Assembly (NCBI GenBank): GCA_965234725.1
Contig: CBDDUX010000026.1
Location: forward strand, 53,223-117,222
DNA: 64,000 nt
Direction of reading: 5' to 3'
Source of the DNA: Thermoplasmatota archaeon
GTDB lineage: Archaea > Thermoplasmatota > Penumbrarchaeia > Penumbrarchaeales > Penumbrarchaeaceae
Shown here: positions 31,114 to 39,987 of the stretch, one piece after another
How positions within the stretch are numbered: the first letter of the stretch is position 1
Layout: each line of letters opens with the position of its first letter
The notes under the pieces: generated by a model
What the model was told of the DNA's origin: nothing
The model's database searches: none
Seen by the model: the letters and a program-made list of their open reading frames with translations, nothing else
Made by a program: the position numbers and the translations under genes

Positions 31114-31256
31114 ACGTGAAAGAGATACCCTTAAATAAATCCGTTCGTTGCAACCGCCCGGAGATGAATGTGGTGGAGACTTCTACTGACTTTGACCATG
31201 ATGATGCCAACAGGAGGGAAAGGAGAATTGTCATCCTTTCCTATCCAATTTCCTGA
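31110..31256 (+). CDS. YP-motif small protein 2 (48 aa, ...RRERRIVILSYPIS)
   Basis: Own translation; ATGA overlap with the upstream HicB-like ORF. Confidence 0.7.
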   Translation: MNVKEIPLNKSVRCNRPEMNVVETSTDFDHDDANRRERRIVILSYPIS

Positions 31257-31351
31257 AATGATCTAGACAATTGGCAATTGAACAGTACATTTGGTTTGAT
31301 TTTCAATTGATGTAACTGAGATGGTCTTGTTTAAATAATTAATAGGATTAG

Positions 31352-31450
31352 ATGTTCTTGATGGATCTATTATTGGAGAGGAGGAACGATGAGGTCGAAA
31401 GACCTCTGAAGAGAGAGATCGTGATCCTCACATATCCCCTAGGAAATTGA
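31352..31450 (+). CDS. YP-motif small protein 3 (32 aa, ...PLKREIVILTYPLGN)
   Basis: Own translation; TTTAAATA box ~20 nt upstream; alternative ATG at 31361. Confidence 0.7.
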   Translation: MFLMDLLLERRNDEVERPLKREIVILTYPLGN

Positions 31451-31608
31451 ACCTGATATTCATTGAACACAGCCTAGGTTTTCCCATGTACAAATCGAAC
31501 CAAGGCCCATGCTTTCCTACCTTCATACTGATAGAAATGTTACCTAAATTGATACTGAACATAAAAGTTTTATATACCCAGAGCAACAATTATTTATTAG
31601 GTGATCAA

Positions 31609-31713
31609 ATGGATGCTTCATACAGGCTTCGACAGTTCAAGGATCAAGCCTCAAGGCTCCATTCGATCTACCTGACAAATGTCCCTTTCTCCAAGGACAA
31701 GAAAAGGACATAG
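31609..31713 (+). CDS. Small protein (34 aa, MDASYRLRQFKDQASRLHSIYLTNVPFSKDKKRT)
   Basis: TTTATATA at 31569-31576 and GGTGA RBS at 31600-31604; this is the 3' part of track ORF 31447-31713. Confidence 0.6.
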   Translation: MDASYRLRQFKDQASRLHSIYLTNVPFSKDKKRT

Positions 31714-31852
31714 ATTTTTTTTTCTGGAAAAAACCTCTATTAGGAACGAAAAGACACCCCGGAGGGGCCCTCTGAAACCCACTATGGGCTCCTTCAATTC
31801 GACCTGATCAATGTGTAACAGGTTTTAAAGATAATATTACCATTCGGATATT

Positions 31853-32074
31853 ATGAACGATAAGGAGATGTTCCTCAAGAAGATGAGGGCGATGTCCTTG
31901 ATAAAAGCCGAGCTGATGAGTTCCGGAAAGGATCCCGAGATAATACAACGGTTACTGATGGATGAATATGACCGGAAGGAGGAAAACGGGATCTCGAAGA
32001 TGATAGAGAGGATCGACCTCGACAATGGAGAGGACTTTAAAGGATTGATGAAAATGGTATTTAAAAGGATCTGA
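31853..32074 (+). CDS. Small helical hypothetical protein
   Basis: 73-aa ORF, genome-typical codon usage, TTTTAAA box upstream. Confidence 0.65.
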   Translation: MNDKEMFLKKMRAMSLIKAELMSSGKDPEIIQRLLMDEYDRKEENGISKMIERIDLDNGEDFKGLMKMVFKRI

Positions 32075-32402
32075 TCCTCTTTGGAAATCTGAACATCTAT
32101 CGAGACCTTTCGCAAATTAGTAATCTTACTATCTATCCGGAATGATCTGATTTTTGGTATGAAAATTGGGCATCATAGTATCGCCCTTTTTTCATACCCA
32201 CGCAAAGCAGTGTCTGTAATTGACGCTCTGTTTTGCTGTGTTTCGAACTTTCGATGTGATGTAGTTATGACGGGAGAAAGTTACGAAAAAACTCGCTCCA
32301 CATTTTCATAATCTTTTTTGAACAACAGTTCATGAGAGTTTTGTGATACTTTGTTCAATATTCTGATAATTGAAGACCAAAATTAAAATACCCACTTGAT
32401 CA

Positions 32403-32597
32403 ATGGATAATGTGGTAACACTGTGGGACCCTGCTCAGGACTACCACCCGGAAATCCATTTTTTTCAAGGTCCCAAAGATACCTCTATTGAAACCACGAG
32501 GGAAATAGCAAAATATGTCGCACCGGGGCCCGGATCTATGGCGGGAAACGGGCCCACTTCTTCTTCTGAGTATTCATCCTTCAGAGTTGCATCCTGA
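32403..32597 (+). CDS. Small hypothetical protein
   Basis: 64-aa GC-richer ORF within AT-rich spacers. Confidence 0.5.
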   Translation: MDNVVTLWDPAQDYHPEIHFFQGPKDTSIETTREIAKYVAPGPGSMAGNGPTSSSEYSSFRVAS

Positions 32598-33040
32598 AAG
32601 TAGAACGATATGTGCATCCGTTATTCAGTGTTCAACCGGGTTCTTGTTGAGAGAACAATAGGTATTTGAACTGTTCAATATACGATTGTTCACATCCGTT
32701 TTTTACTTTTGATAATCCAATAAACTGGTTTATATATGTTTAGACATTTATTCCATCTGGTGTGGCCTATTTATATCGTTAGGGGGAAAATGGCAAAGCT
32801 TCCATTGAACCTCTCTTTCATTATTGACCAGTGCCGATGATAAACAGAGAGTGTGAGCTCCGTGATGGAAGTTGCGGTACTATCAGCGAAAGCCTTCAGG
32901 GAAGATCCTTTCTTTAGATAAATATTGGAACAACCGTTATTTGAACACTTTTTTTGAAATTTCGTATTATTATCATTCGATGTAATCCATCGGGTTCCCT
33001 TTATATAGTTCAGCAATAGATGGTTTCCACAGTGAGAAAA

Positions 33041-33130
33041 ATGGGAACCAACGGAAACAAAGGATCAACAACGGAAGAGAGCGATCTTCACCACCAGCGA
33101 CAGATCGTGATACTCACCTATACCTTCTGA
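33041..33130 (+). CDS. YP-motif small protein 4 (29 aa, ...HHQRQIVILTYTF)
   Basis: Own translation; TTTATATA at 33000-33007; alternative in-frame ATG at 33020. Confidence 0.7.
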   Translation: MGTNGNKGSTTEESDLHHQRQIVILTYTF

Positions 33131-33261
33131 AAATATTGGTTCCTGCTGACCGATCCTTCTTTTAGGTCCATTGACAGTTTCCTTGACATTGTTGATAGTC
33201 GAATTTATATATTTGAAAGGACTGGCTTGGTTTGCATCCAATATCCCCCAAAGGTGATAGC

Positions 33262-33429
33262 ATGACCAAGAAGATCCAGCCAATGAGAGAGATCGAGATG
33301 GAGATAGGCAGAGCAGGTCTTATCTCCAACATGGATAAGATGGAATCTTCGTTCGGTGGGGACATGTTCACCCATTCAAGGGAGATCATTCTTTTCCGAT
33401 ATCCACCCAAGGCCGGAATGAAGCTTTGA
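33262..33429 (+). CDS. YP-motif small protein 5 (55 aa, ...HSREIILFRYPPKAGMKL)
   Basis: TTTATATA at 33204-33211, AAGGTGA RBS, ATG 33262; paralog of 30226-30396. Confidence 0.8.
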   Translation: MTKKIQPMREIEMEIGRAGLISNMDKMESSFGGDMFTHSREIILFRYPPKAGMKL

Positions 33430-33593
33430 TATGGGATTGACCTTCAATATAACCCCCAATTTTTTAATAATTTAGTTCAATTTCTTTGTGTACATTTGGT
33501 CGGGACTGTTTTCCTCCATGGTTACCACTCTCGATTTTTATTTTTTAAACGTTTAAGACAAGGCCTTCATATAGGTATTAATAATTGTAAAAG

Positions 33594-34577
33594 GTGTTTT
33601 ATTTGGTAGAACATAGGGATATCCTGAAACTGGATATTGAAAGGGAGATAGATAGGATAAGATCCTTTCTCAATGACCATTTCAATGAATATAGAAAAGA
33701 TGGTGCCATTATCGGTCTTAGCGGTGGAATTGATTCCGCAGTGGTTTCCGCACTCCTTGTGGATACGATAGGTAAGGAAAAGGTGAAAGGTATCATCCTT
33801 CCCGAAAAGGAATCGAACCCTATCAGCAAAGAACTTGGGATCCAACAGGCTGAGAAATTGGGTATCGAATACGAGGTATTCGATATAACCGGGGTCCTAG
33901 AGGCCTTTGGAACATACAGTATGAGAGATGAGGCGGTCAGAGAAGTATTTCCCGATCATACAGAAGAATGCAGGATGAAACTCGTTCTTCCCGGGGGCCT
34001 CATGGAAAATTACACTTACAACATCTTTTCCTTGACGGTGACCTATCCAGATGGAAGGGAGGAAACAAAAAGACTTCCAAAGAAGGTCATTAACAGGATA
34101 CTTGCCGCAACAGATACAAAGCAAAGGACCAGGATGATGGCCTTATACTATCATGGTGAGAGTCTATTTCGTTCTGTTGTGGGAACGACAAATCGTCCGG
34201 AGACCTTACAGGGTTTCTTCGTGAAATACGGTGATGGTGGAGTGGATATCGAACCCATTGCCCATCTTTACAAGAACCAGGTATACCAGCTTGCAGACCA
34301 TTACGGGGTCGTCAAAGAGATAATAGAAAGAGAACCCTCCCCTGATACGTTTTCCTTCCCTGTAAGCGATGAGGAATTCTTCTTCAGGATCCCGTACGAG
34401 ATCCTTGATCTTGTCCTCTATTGTTGGGAGAGGGGTATCGGAATTCCAGAGGCATCAAAAATTACTGATCTTAAAGAGGAGCAAGTTGAAAGGGTATACC
34501 GTGACCTTACCTCGAAATTCAAAGCTACCAAGCACTTGAGAGAAATGACTCCCTCTCTGTTGAAAATGGGATTTTAA
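33594..34577 (+). CDS. nadE: NH3-dependent NAD synthetase-like N-type ATP pyrophosphatase with a central insertion
   Basis: GLSGGIDSAV, KQRTRM, GTTNR.E, GFFVKYGDG, PIAHLYK.QV, PSPD. Confidence 0.85.
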   Translation: MFYLVEHRDILKLDIEREIDRIRSFLNDHFNEYRKDGAIIGLSGGIDSAVVSALLVDTIGKEKVKGIILPEKESNPISKELGIQQAEKLGIEYEVFDITGVLEAFGTYSMRDEAVREVFPDHTEECRMKLVLPGGLMENYTYNIFSLTVTYPDGREETKRLPKKVINRILAATDTKQRTRMMALYYHGESLFRSVVGTTNRPETLQGFFVKYGDGGVDIEPIAHLYKNQVYQLADHYGVVKEIIEREPSPDTFSFPVSDEEFFFRIPYEILDLVLYCWERGIGIPEASKITDLKEEQVERVYRDLTSKFKATKHLREMTPSLLKMGF

Positions 34578-34608
34578 CGTTCATTAGGTCAATAAGAAGG
34601 TCAGTTCA

Positions 34609-35781
34609 ATGAAGGTCCTTTTCCTTCCAAAGGAAGGTCACCCCCTTAAACGTGTTAGATTGACCGAGCTTTTCATGCGGGAATTTGTGTCATTAGGTAA
34701 TGAGATAGATTGGGTACTGACCTCATTTGAAAATGAAAGGAGTAACATTCATGTTCCCTTCGGAGGAGGTCTTCTATCCAATCTCATTCTACCTTTCTAT
34801 AGAATGAAGAAGTTAAGAATTTCAGAGAAGATCCTTAGGAAGGAGAAACCTGATATCATCATAGCAAATGATGGGATAATTGAAGGTTTGATAGCATCGA
34901 GATTATCAAGAAAGTACGACATCCCATTTTGCTACTACCTCTCATCCCTTTTCACAGATATGGAGAAGAACGAGTTTCTTGCAGGTGGAAAACCAAAAAA
35001 TCTCGTGAAATGGTTGGCAATGGTGATCAAGGAACCATTGAGGACCCGTGTTATCAAGAGATGTAATGTATTCCATCCAATTTCGGATGCCATGGGTCGA
35101 CCATTTATTAAGATATGTACTGGTATTATCCATCCTCTTCCTCTCTGTCCTTCACATATATTTTTAGAGACAGAAGTGGGGTCGACAAGTGACTTTGACA
35201 TTGGAATTGAATTGGTATATACAGGCCAGGTCACACCGAATAGAAAGATAGAGCTTCTTTTAGAGATCGTCAAGGCCCTCAAGGAAGGAACTGATAAGAA
35301 TGTTAATTTGACAATAGTAGGCAGGATCTTCTACAGTAGTTATGAGAGATTCCTTAAGAAGAAAATGGCTCAATTAGGGATAGAGGATCATGTTGAGATC
35401 ATCCCTGAGGTCCCAATCAGTAGAATACCAGCAATAATCAGGAAGTCAAACATCGGACTCTGTCTCCTACCACCGATAAGATCATTTATTGTTTCCTCCC
35501 CGACCAAGGTTGTTGAATATCTATCTCTTGGAATACCTGTTGTCGCAAATAAAGAGATAGAGGATCAAAAGGTAATAATTCAAAATTCCAAGGGTGGTTT
35601 CTCGCCTGCATATGATAAGAAAGAGATAGTTGATTCTATTCTTGCATTAGTAGGGGAGGCGGATATGGCTGTTGAGATGGGCCTTAAGGGTAGGAGATGG
35701 ATACAGGAGAACAGGAACTATCAAAAAATGGCAGTGGAACTGGATTCTCTATACAATGGGATAATAGGAGATAGACCATGA
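34609..35781 (+). CDS. GT4 glycosyltransferase
   Basis: YTGQV, SPTKVVEYLSLGIPVVAN. Confidence 0.88.
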   Translation: MKVLFLPKEGHPLKRVRLTELFMREFVSLGNEIDWVLTSFENERSNIHVPFGGGLLSNLILPFYRMKKLRISEKILRKEKPDIIIANDGIIEGLIASRLSRKYDIPFCYYLSSLFTDMEKNEFLAGGKPKNLVKWLAMVIKEPLRTRVIKRCNVFHPISDAMGRPFIKICTGIIHPLPLCPSHIFLETEVGSTSDFDIGIELVYTGQVTPNRKIELLLEIVKALKEGTDKNVNLTIVGRIFYSSYERFLKKKMAQLGIEDHVEIIPEVPISRIPAIIRKSNIGLCLLPPIRSFIVSSPTKVVEYLSLGIPVVANKEIEDQKVIIQNSKGGFSPAYDKKEIVDSILALVGEADMAVEMGLKGRRWIQENRNYQKMAVELDSLYNGIIGDRP

Positions 35782-36155
35782 GGATAATCGGTATTGGAGT
35801 CGATGTCATCGATATTGATAGGGCTCGGGAATTATTTGAAAAGGAGAGGACCCTAGAGAGGGTTTTTACTGATAATGAGATCAATGCAAGCAGTCAGAGG
35901 GCTGACAGGTTGAAGAACCTTGCCGGATGGTTCGCCCTGAAGGAAGCAGTCCTGAAATCCCTAAAGGCTCCAAGGGACACTGGCATTTTATTGCAGGATA
36001 TCGAGGTCCTCCATGGTGAGAACGGTGAACCAGTATGTGATCTGCATGGAAAGGCAAGGGATATCTTCCTGGATTCCGGAGGGGAAGAGTTGATGGTCTC
36101 CGTTTCCCATTCTGAAAAGTCAGCCGTGGGAGTCGCCATCTGTATAGGAAGCTAA
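35778..36155 (+). CDS. acpS: Holo-[acyl-carrier-protein] synthase (AcpS-type phosphopantetheinyl transferase)
   Basis: IGIGVDVI, RVFT..E, AG.FA.KEAVLKSL, G.P, VSVSH. Confidence 0.93.
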   Translation: MRIIGIGVDVIDIDRARELFEKERTLERVFTDNEINASSQRADRLKNLAGWFALKEAVLKSLKAPRDTGILLQDIEVLHGENGEPVCDLHGKARDIFLDSGGEELMVSVSHSEKSAVGVAICIGS

Positions 36156-36215
36156 CATGTCTGGCCACAGCTATAATGATACGAATTGTGTTTAGATCTT
36201 GGTGAGAAATTGGAG

Positions 36216-36356
36216 ATGAAGACAAACACCGGCAGAACAACTTTCATAGATAACAATGAAATAGAAAATTACCGGATATTCGACCTGGAAGGAAGTGATA
36301 CTAGGGATTGTTCACGTCCATGCAGGCAGATAATCATGCTCAGGTATCCCGAGTGA
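36216..36356 (+). CDS. YP-motif small protein 6 (46 aa, ...CSRPCRQIIMLRYPE)
   Basis: Own translation; GGTGA RBS at 36201-36205. Confidence 0.72.
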   Translation: MKTNTGRTTFIDNNEIENYRIFDLEGSDTRDCSRPCRQIIMLRYPE

Positions 36357-36424
36357 TTCCAAGATTAGGGTAATAATATAATTTCACTGGACCAGTTAAA
36401 TAGATAGGGTTTTACTGTAATATT

Positions 36425-36547
36425 ATGGATAATGAAGACTCCAATGAGAATAAAAGGAGAATTAACTCTAAGGAGGTCAAGATCAGTTTTCTTTCTTATC
36501 CTTTTGAAATAAAAAAGGTGAAAAAAGATAGCGTTGAGATCGAATGA
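36425..36547 (+). CDS. YP-motif small protein 7, degenerate (40 aa, ...KEVKISFLSYPFEIKK...)
   Basis: Own translation; motif spacing conserved. Confidence 0.55.
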   Translation: MDNEDSNENKRRINSKEVKISFLSYPFEIKKVKKDSVEIE

Positions 36548-36600
36548 GATGAAATTTTCTTTTTTATTAGGGTAATAAAAATTGAGGATAGGATATTTTC

Positions 36601-37653
36601 ATGATCATCGCTATTTTTCTTAACACACCTGCTCAAGTTCATTTTTACAAGAATATTTGGAGGAAATTAAGAGATGATGGTCATAAAGTATACCTTATTG
36701 CTAGGGATTACGGTGAGACCATCCCACTTTTAAAGGAGATGAATATTGACCATTTCCAGTATCTTTCTCCTCCGGAATCTAAAATTGGAAAGGTCCTGTC
36801 TCTTCCTTTTGCAGTCATTCGGGTAAATAGATATCTCAAAAATAAAAAGGTCGACCTAATCACTGGATTCGGTGTCTATGATGTATTGGTTTCCATTTTA
36901 AGAAGGAAACCAGTAATTGTGTTCTCAGATTCTGAACCTAGAATAAATAAGAAGACATTTTCTATCCAATTTGATTTACTTAAACCTTTTACAAATCTTT
37001 TCATTACTCCCTCATCCTTCGGCCAGGATATGGGGAAGAATCATAGAAAGATCAATTCTTTTAAAGAGTTAGCTTACCTCCATCCAAAGTATTATTCACC
37101 AAGTGGTGATATCTATTCACTACTTGGTATTGAAAAAGGTGAGAAATTCATCATATTGAGATTTAATGCCTTCGATGCACTGCACGATGCAGGTGTAACA
37201 GGATTTTCCGATGATATGAAGATAAAAATGGTAAGAGAGTTCTCCAAGAAGTGCCATGTTTTTATTTCATCAGAGAAAGGTATTCCAGATGAGATCAAGG
37301 ATCATGTGTTGGATATTCCAAAAAGCAGAATTCATGACGTTTTATCTTATGCTCATTTGCTGATAACTGATACACAGACGATGACAACTGAGGCTGCCCT
37401 TCTTGGAACACCTGTTGTAAGGTGCAATTCCTGGGTTGGGGATAATGATATGGGGAATTTTATTGAACTGGAGAACAAGTACAAGATGATATATAATTTC
37501 AACAATGAGAAATTGAGTTTTGAAAAAGCAAATGAACTCATTAATAAAGATGATATCAATGAAATCTATGATAGAAGGAGAGATTTGCTATTAGAAGATA
37601 AAGTTGATATTGTAGATAAGTATTGTGAGATCATCTATGAGTTCAATAATTGA
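36601..37653 (+). CDS. DUF354-family GT-B fold protein
   Basis: NTPAQVHFYKN, ARDY..T..LL, KELAYLHP, TMTTEAALLGTP. Confidence 0.85.
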   Translation: MIIAIFLNTPAQVHFYKNIWRKLRDDGHKVYLIARDYGETIPLLKEMNIDHFQYLSPPESKIGKVLSLPFAVIRVNRYLKNKKVDLITGFGVYDVLVSILRRKPVIVFSDSEPRINKKTFSIQFDLLKPFTNLFITPSSFGQDMGKNHRKINSFKELAYLHPKYYSPSGDIYSLLGIEKGEKFIILRFNAFDALHDAGVTGFSDDMKIKMVREFSKKCHVFISSEKGIPDEIKDHVLDIPKSRIHDVLSYAHLLITDTQTMTTEAALLGTPVVRCNSWVGDNDMGNFIELENKYKMIYNFNNEKLSFEKANELINKDDINEIYDRRRDLLLEDKVDIVDKYCEIIYEFNN

Positions 37654-37719
37654 GTTAGATATTTTTTTTATTAATAAAAAAAGTACATATTTAAATATCT
37701 TTTAGATATATATATTAAG

Positions 37720-37854
37720 GGGGTATCAGCTTAACTCCCAAATACACATAAAATCTTTAATATTGTTGATAAATAAAAAATGACATTATTTTATTATTAT
37801 ATGAAGTATTATCCATTTATCCGTCCAATATTTTAGGAGTTAAGCTGATACCCC
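37720..37854. mobile_element. MITE-like element with perfect 19-bp terminal inverted repeats
   Basis: GGGGTATCAGCTTAACTCC (37720-37738) and its exact reverse complement (37836-37854) around a non-coding AT-rich core. Confidence 0.75.
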
Positions 37855-38140
37855 ACTATATATTATTTATCCTAAGGAGAATCTTGAACGGATAAGATTG
37901 GATTAGTTAATAAAATTGAATTTATATTGAAATATAAATATTATATATTTTTTATACTAAGTCTAACTATCACTTGTTTATCAATTGAAGATTGTCAAAG
38001 AATTCGATGATGGAGTATTGTATAGGCTGATAAAATAAATTTTAAAAATGAATAATATTGGATATATTGTGGTAAAATGCCATACAGGAAAGATGTGAGA
38101 AATTTAATATCTCAATGAAATAAAATATTAAAGTGATATT

Positions 38141-38977
38141 ATGAAGAGAATGAAGATGGGCATCTATGTAATAGTCAAAGATAATGAGATGCTGATCTCA
38201 TCAAAACTACTTCTTTTAAAATATAAGCTCCTTCAAAAAGGGATAACCCACATAGAGATCATAGGTATCGACAATGGTTCCAATGACCGCACTGCAGAGG
38301 TCATGCATTCATCCGGATTCAGGGTCGTAAAACACAATACGACAAGAAGCCTGGAGAGGAACGTAGAAGAGATCAAGAAACAGGTGGAAAAGTACCAGCA
38401 TGAGATCATTGTTGTTCTTGACGGAAATTCATCTGTAGAGATCGATACCGTGGTGGAACTGATAGTGTCTTTCCTGGATGCCAAGAAGAAACCGGGTATG
38501 GGATATATCTCCGAGGTTTCGGATGAAGAGATCGTTAATATGAACTGTCTTATTTTCCTGGCACCTGTTTTCCAGCAAATATCGATCAAAGGTTCCAACA
38601 TCAGAAGCGAGGAACATCTTATATCGTTCGGAAGATCCATGGGTCTAAATGTTGAAGCGAGAAAACCTGTTTTCACAAGAGATAGCAAAGAAAGCCATCT
38701 TCAGAGGATCCCATTGAAATCCGCATGGGACCTGATAAACCAGTACAAGAAGACCTATCCGTTGAGGTATTACGGATTCATCTCCCTTGCATTCTTTGTT
38801 TTTGCCCTTGCCCCCGGGATATATGAGATAAATTACATGATGAAATATACCCACTTGAATTACCCTTCCTTCTTCCTAACAGTGGTCCTTGGTGGAATTG
38901 GAATGGTATCATTATCCCTGGGTTTGATAATGAATGCTTTGAAGGTCCTTTCCGATAAGGTCAGAGGTATGATGTGA
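38141..38977 (+). CDS. Degenerate GT2-fold membrane protein, paralog of 27938-28789
   Basis: IDNGSNDRT retained, VLDGNSS in place of DGDGQH; YPL.YYG followed by TMs, HLNYP.F. Confidence 0.72.
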   Translation: MKRMKMGIYVIVKDNEMLISSKLLLLKYKLLQKGITHIEIIGIDNGSNDRTAEVMHSSGFRVVKHNTTRSLERNVEEIKKQVEKYQHEIIVVLDGNSSVEIDTVVELIVSFLDAKKKPGMGYISEVSDEEIVNMNCLIFLAPVFQQISIKGSNIRSEEHLISFGRSMGLNVEARKPVFTRDSKESHLQRIPLKSAWDLINQYKKTYPLRYYGFISLAFFVFALAPGIYEINYMMKYTHLNYPSFFLTVVLGGIGMVSLSLGLIMNALKVLSDKVRGMM

Positions 38978-38997
38978 TAAAATGGAGGTGAAAAAGA

Positions 38998-39981
38998 ATG
39001 GATGAGGATATCACATTGTTCCCGGAAAAGGCGAGGATCGGAGTGGCAATATTTGCCTACAACGAGGAGAGTACCGTTCCTTCGATCGTTGTACTTACCA
39101 AGCCTTATACGAAACGGATACTGGTTGTGGATGACGGTTCCAATGACAACACCAAGGTCCTTGCCAAACAGGTTGGGGCCGAGGTAATATCTTTCCCAAG
39201 TAATCTAGGAAAGGGTTACGGTCTGAAAACCGCCTTTGAGTGGGCTATAAAGAACGATCTGGATGTTCTGGTGACCATAGACGGAGATGGTCAGCATGAC
39301 CCAGGGATAATACCATTCCTTGCGGAACCTGTCATAAAGGACAAATTCCAGATCACTATAGGATCAAAAGGTTTCACTTATCAGGGAAAGAGCAGGAAGG
39401 GGTTAAGCTGGAGATTAGGAAACTGGATGACGAAAAAGGCATCAGGGAACAAGACCAGGACGTCCATTTATGACAGAAGATCCGGATTTCGGGCCTATCA
39501 TAAGAAAACATTCGACAAGTTCAAGTTCACATCGAAAGGGTTCGAACAGGAAAGGGATATACTTCTCCAGGCAGATGTTAAAGGTTTCAAGATCGAAGAG
39601 ATCCCGATGAAGGCCATTTACGGCCAGATGAGCAAGGAGGATATCGGTCTCGGAAACTGGGTCCTATCAAAGATATACAATACGATGTCATTTCTCCATA
39701 TCACATCCCCCATCAGATTGTCCATACTGATCAGTTTGTTCTTCTTCGGACTGACCATCGCTGCGGTGGCTTATTCACGTGTGAATTATTCGAATTATGA
39801 ATTCCTTCCCCCCGGTGGGATATTCGTTGTTATGGTCCTTGTATCACTTTCGGGTTTTATATTGTTGAACGGTATAATATTCGAGGCGATCAAACATATT
39901 GGATCGAACATGACCTCATATCTTCAGAAGAACGATCAGGTCAAGCTGGAATATGATCCGCTAAAGGGATTCCAGAGATAA
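38998..39981 (+). CDS. GT2 glycosyltransferase, paralog of 28777-29730
   Basis: AYNEE, DDGSND.T, NLGKG, DGDGQHDP, SGFRAY. Confidence 0.92.
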   Translation: MDEDITLFPEKARIGVAIFAYNEESTVPSIVVLTKPYTKRILVVDDGSNDNTKVLAKQVGAEVISFPSNLGKGYGLKTAFEWAIKNDLDVLVTIDGDGQHDPGIIPFLAEPVIKDKFQITIGSKGFTYQGKSRKGLSWRLGNWMTKKASGNKTRTSIYDRRSGFRAYHKKTFDKFKFTSKGFEQERDILLQADVKGFKIEEIPMKAIYGQMSKEDIGLGNWVLSKIYNTMSFLHITSPIRLSILISLFFFGLTIAAVAYSRVNYSNYEFLPPGGIFVVMVLVSLSGFILLNGIIFEAIKHIGSNMTSYLQKNDQVKLEYDPLKGFQR

Positions 39982-39987
39982 ACACGG

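Noticed and set aside
32790-32921. Possible extra YP copy (agggaagatcctttctttagata) downstream of a TATA box
   Set aside because: No frame yields the motif; only very short ORFs. At best a decayed remnant
30226-36547. YP motif as a proteasome-activating HbYX tail, a DNA operator or a CRISPR repeat
   Set aside because: Tyr is never penultimate; the DNA varies at synonymous positions, is not palindromic and is irregularly spaced
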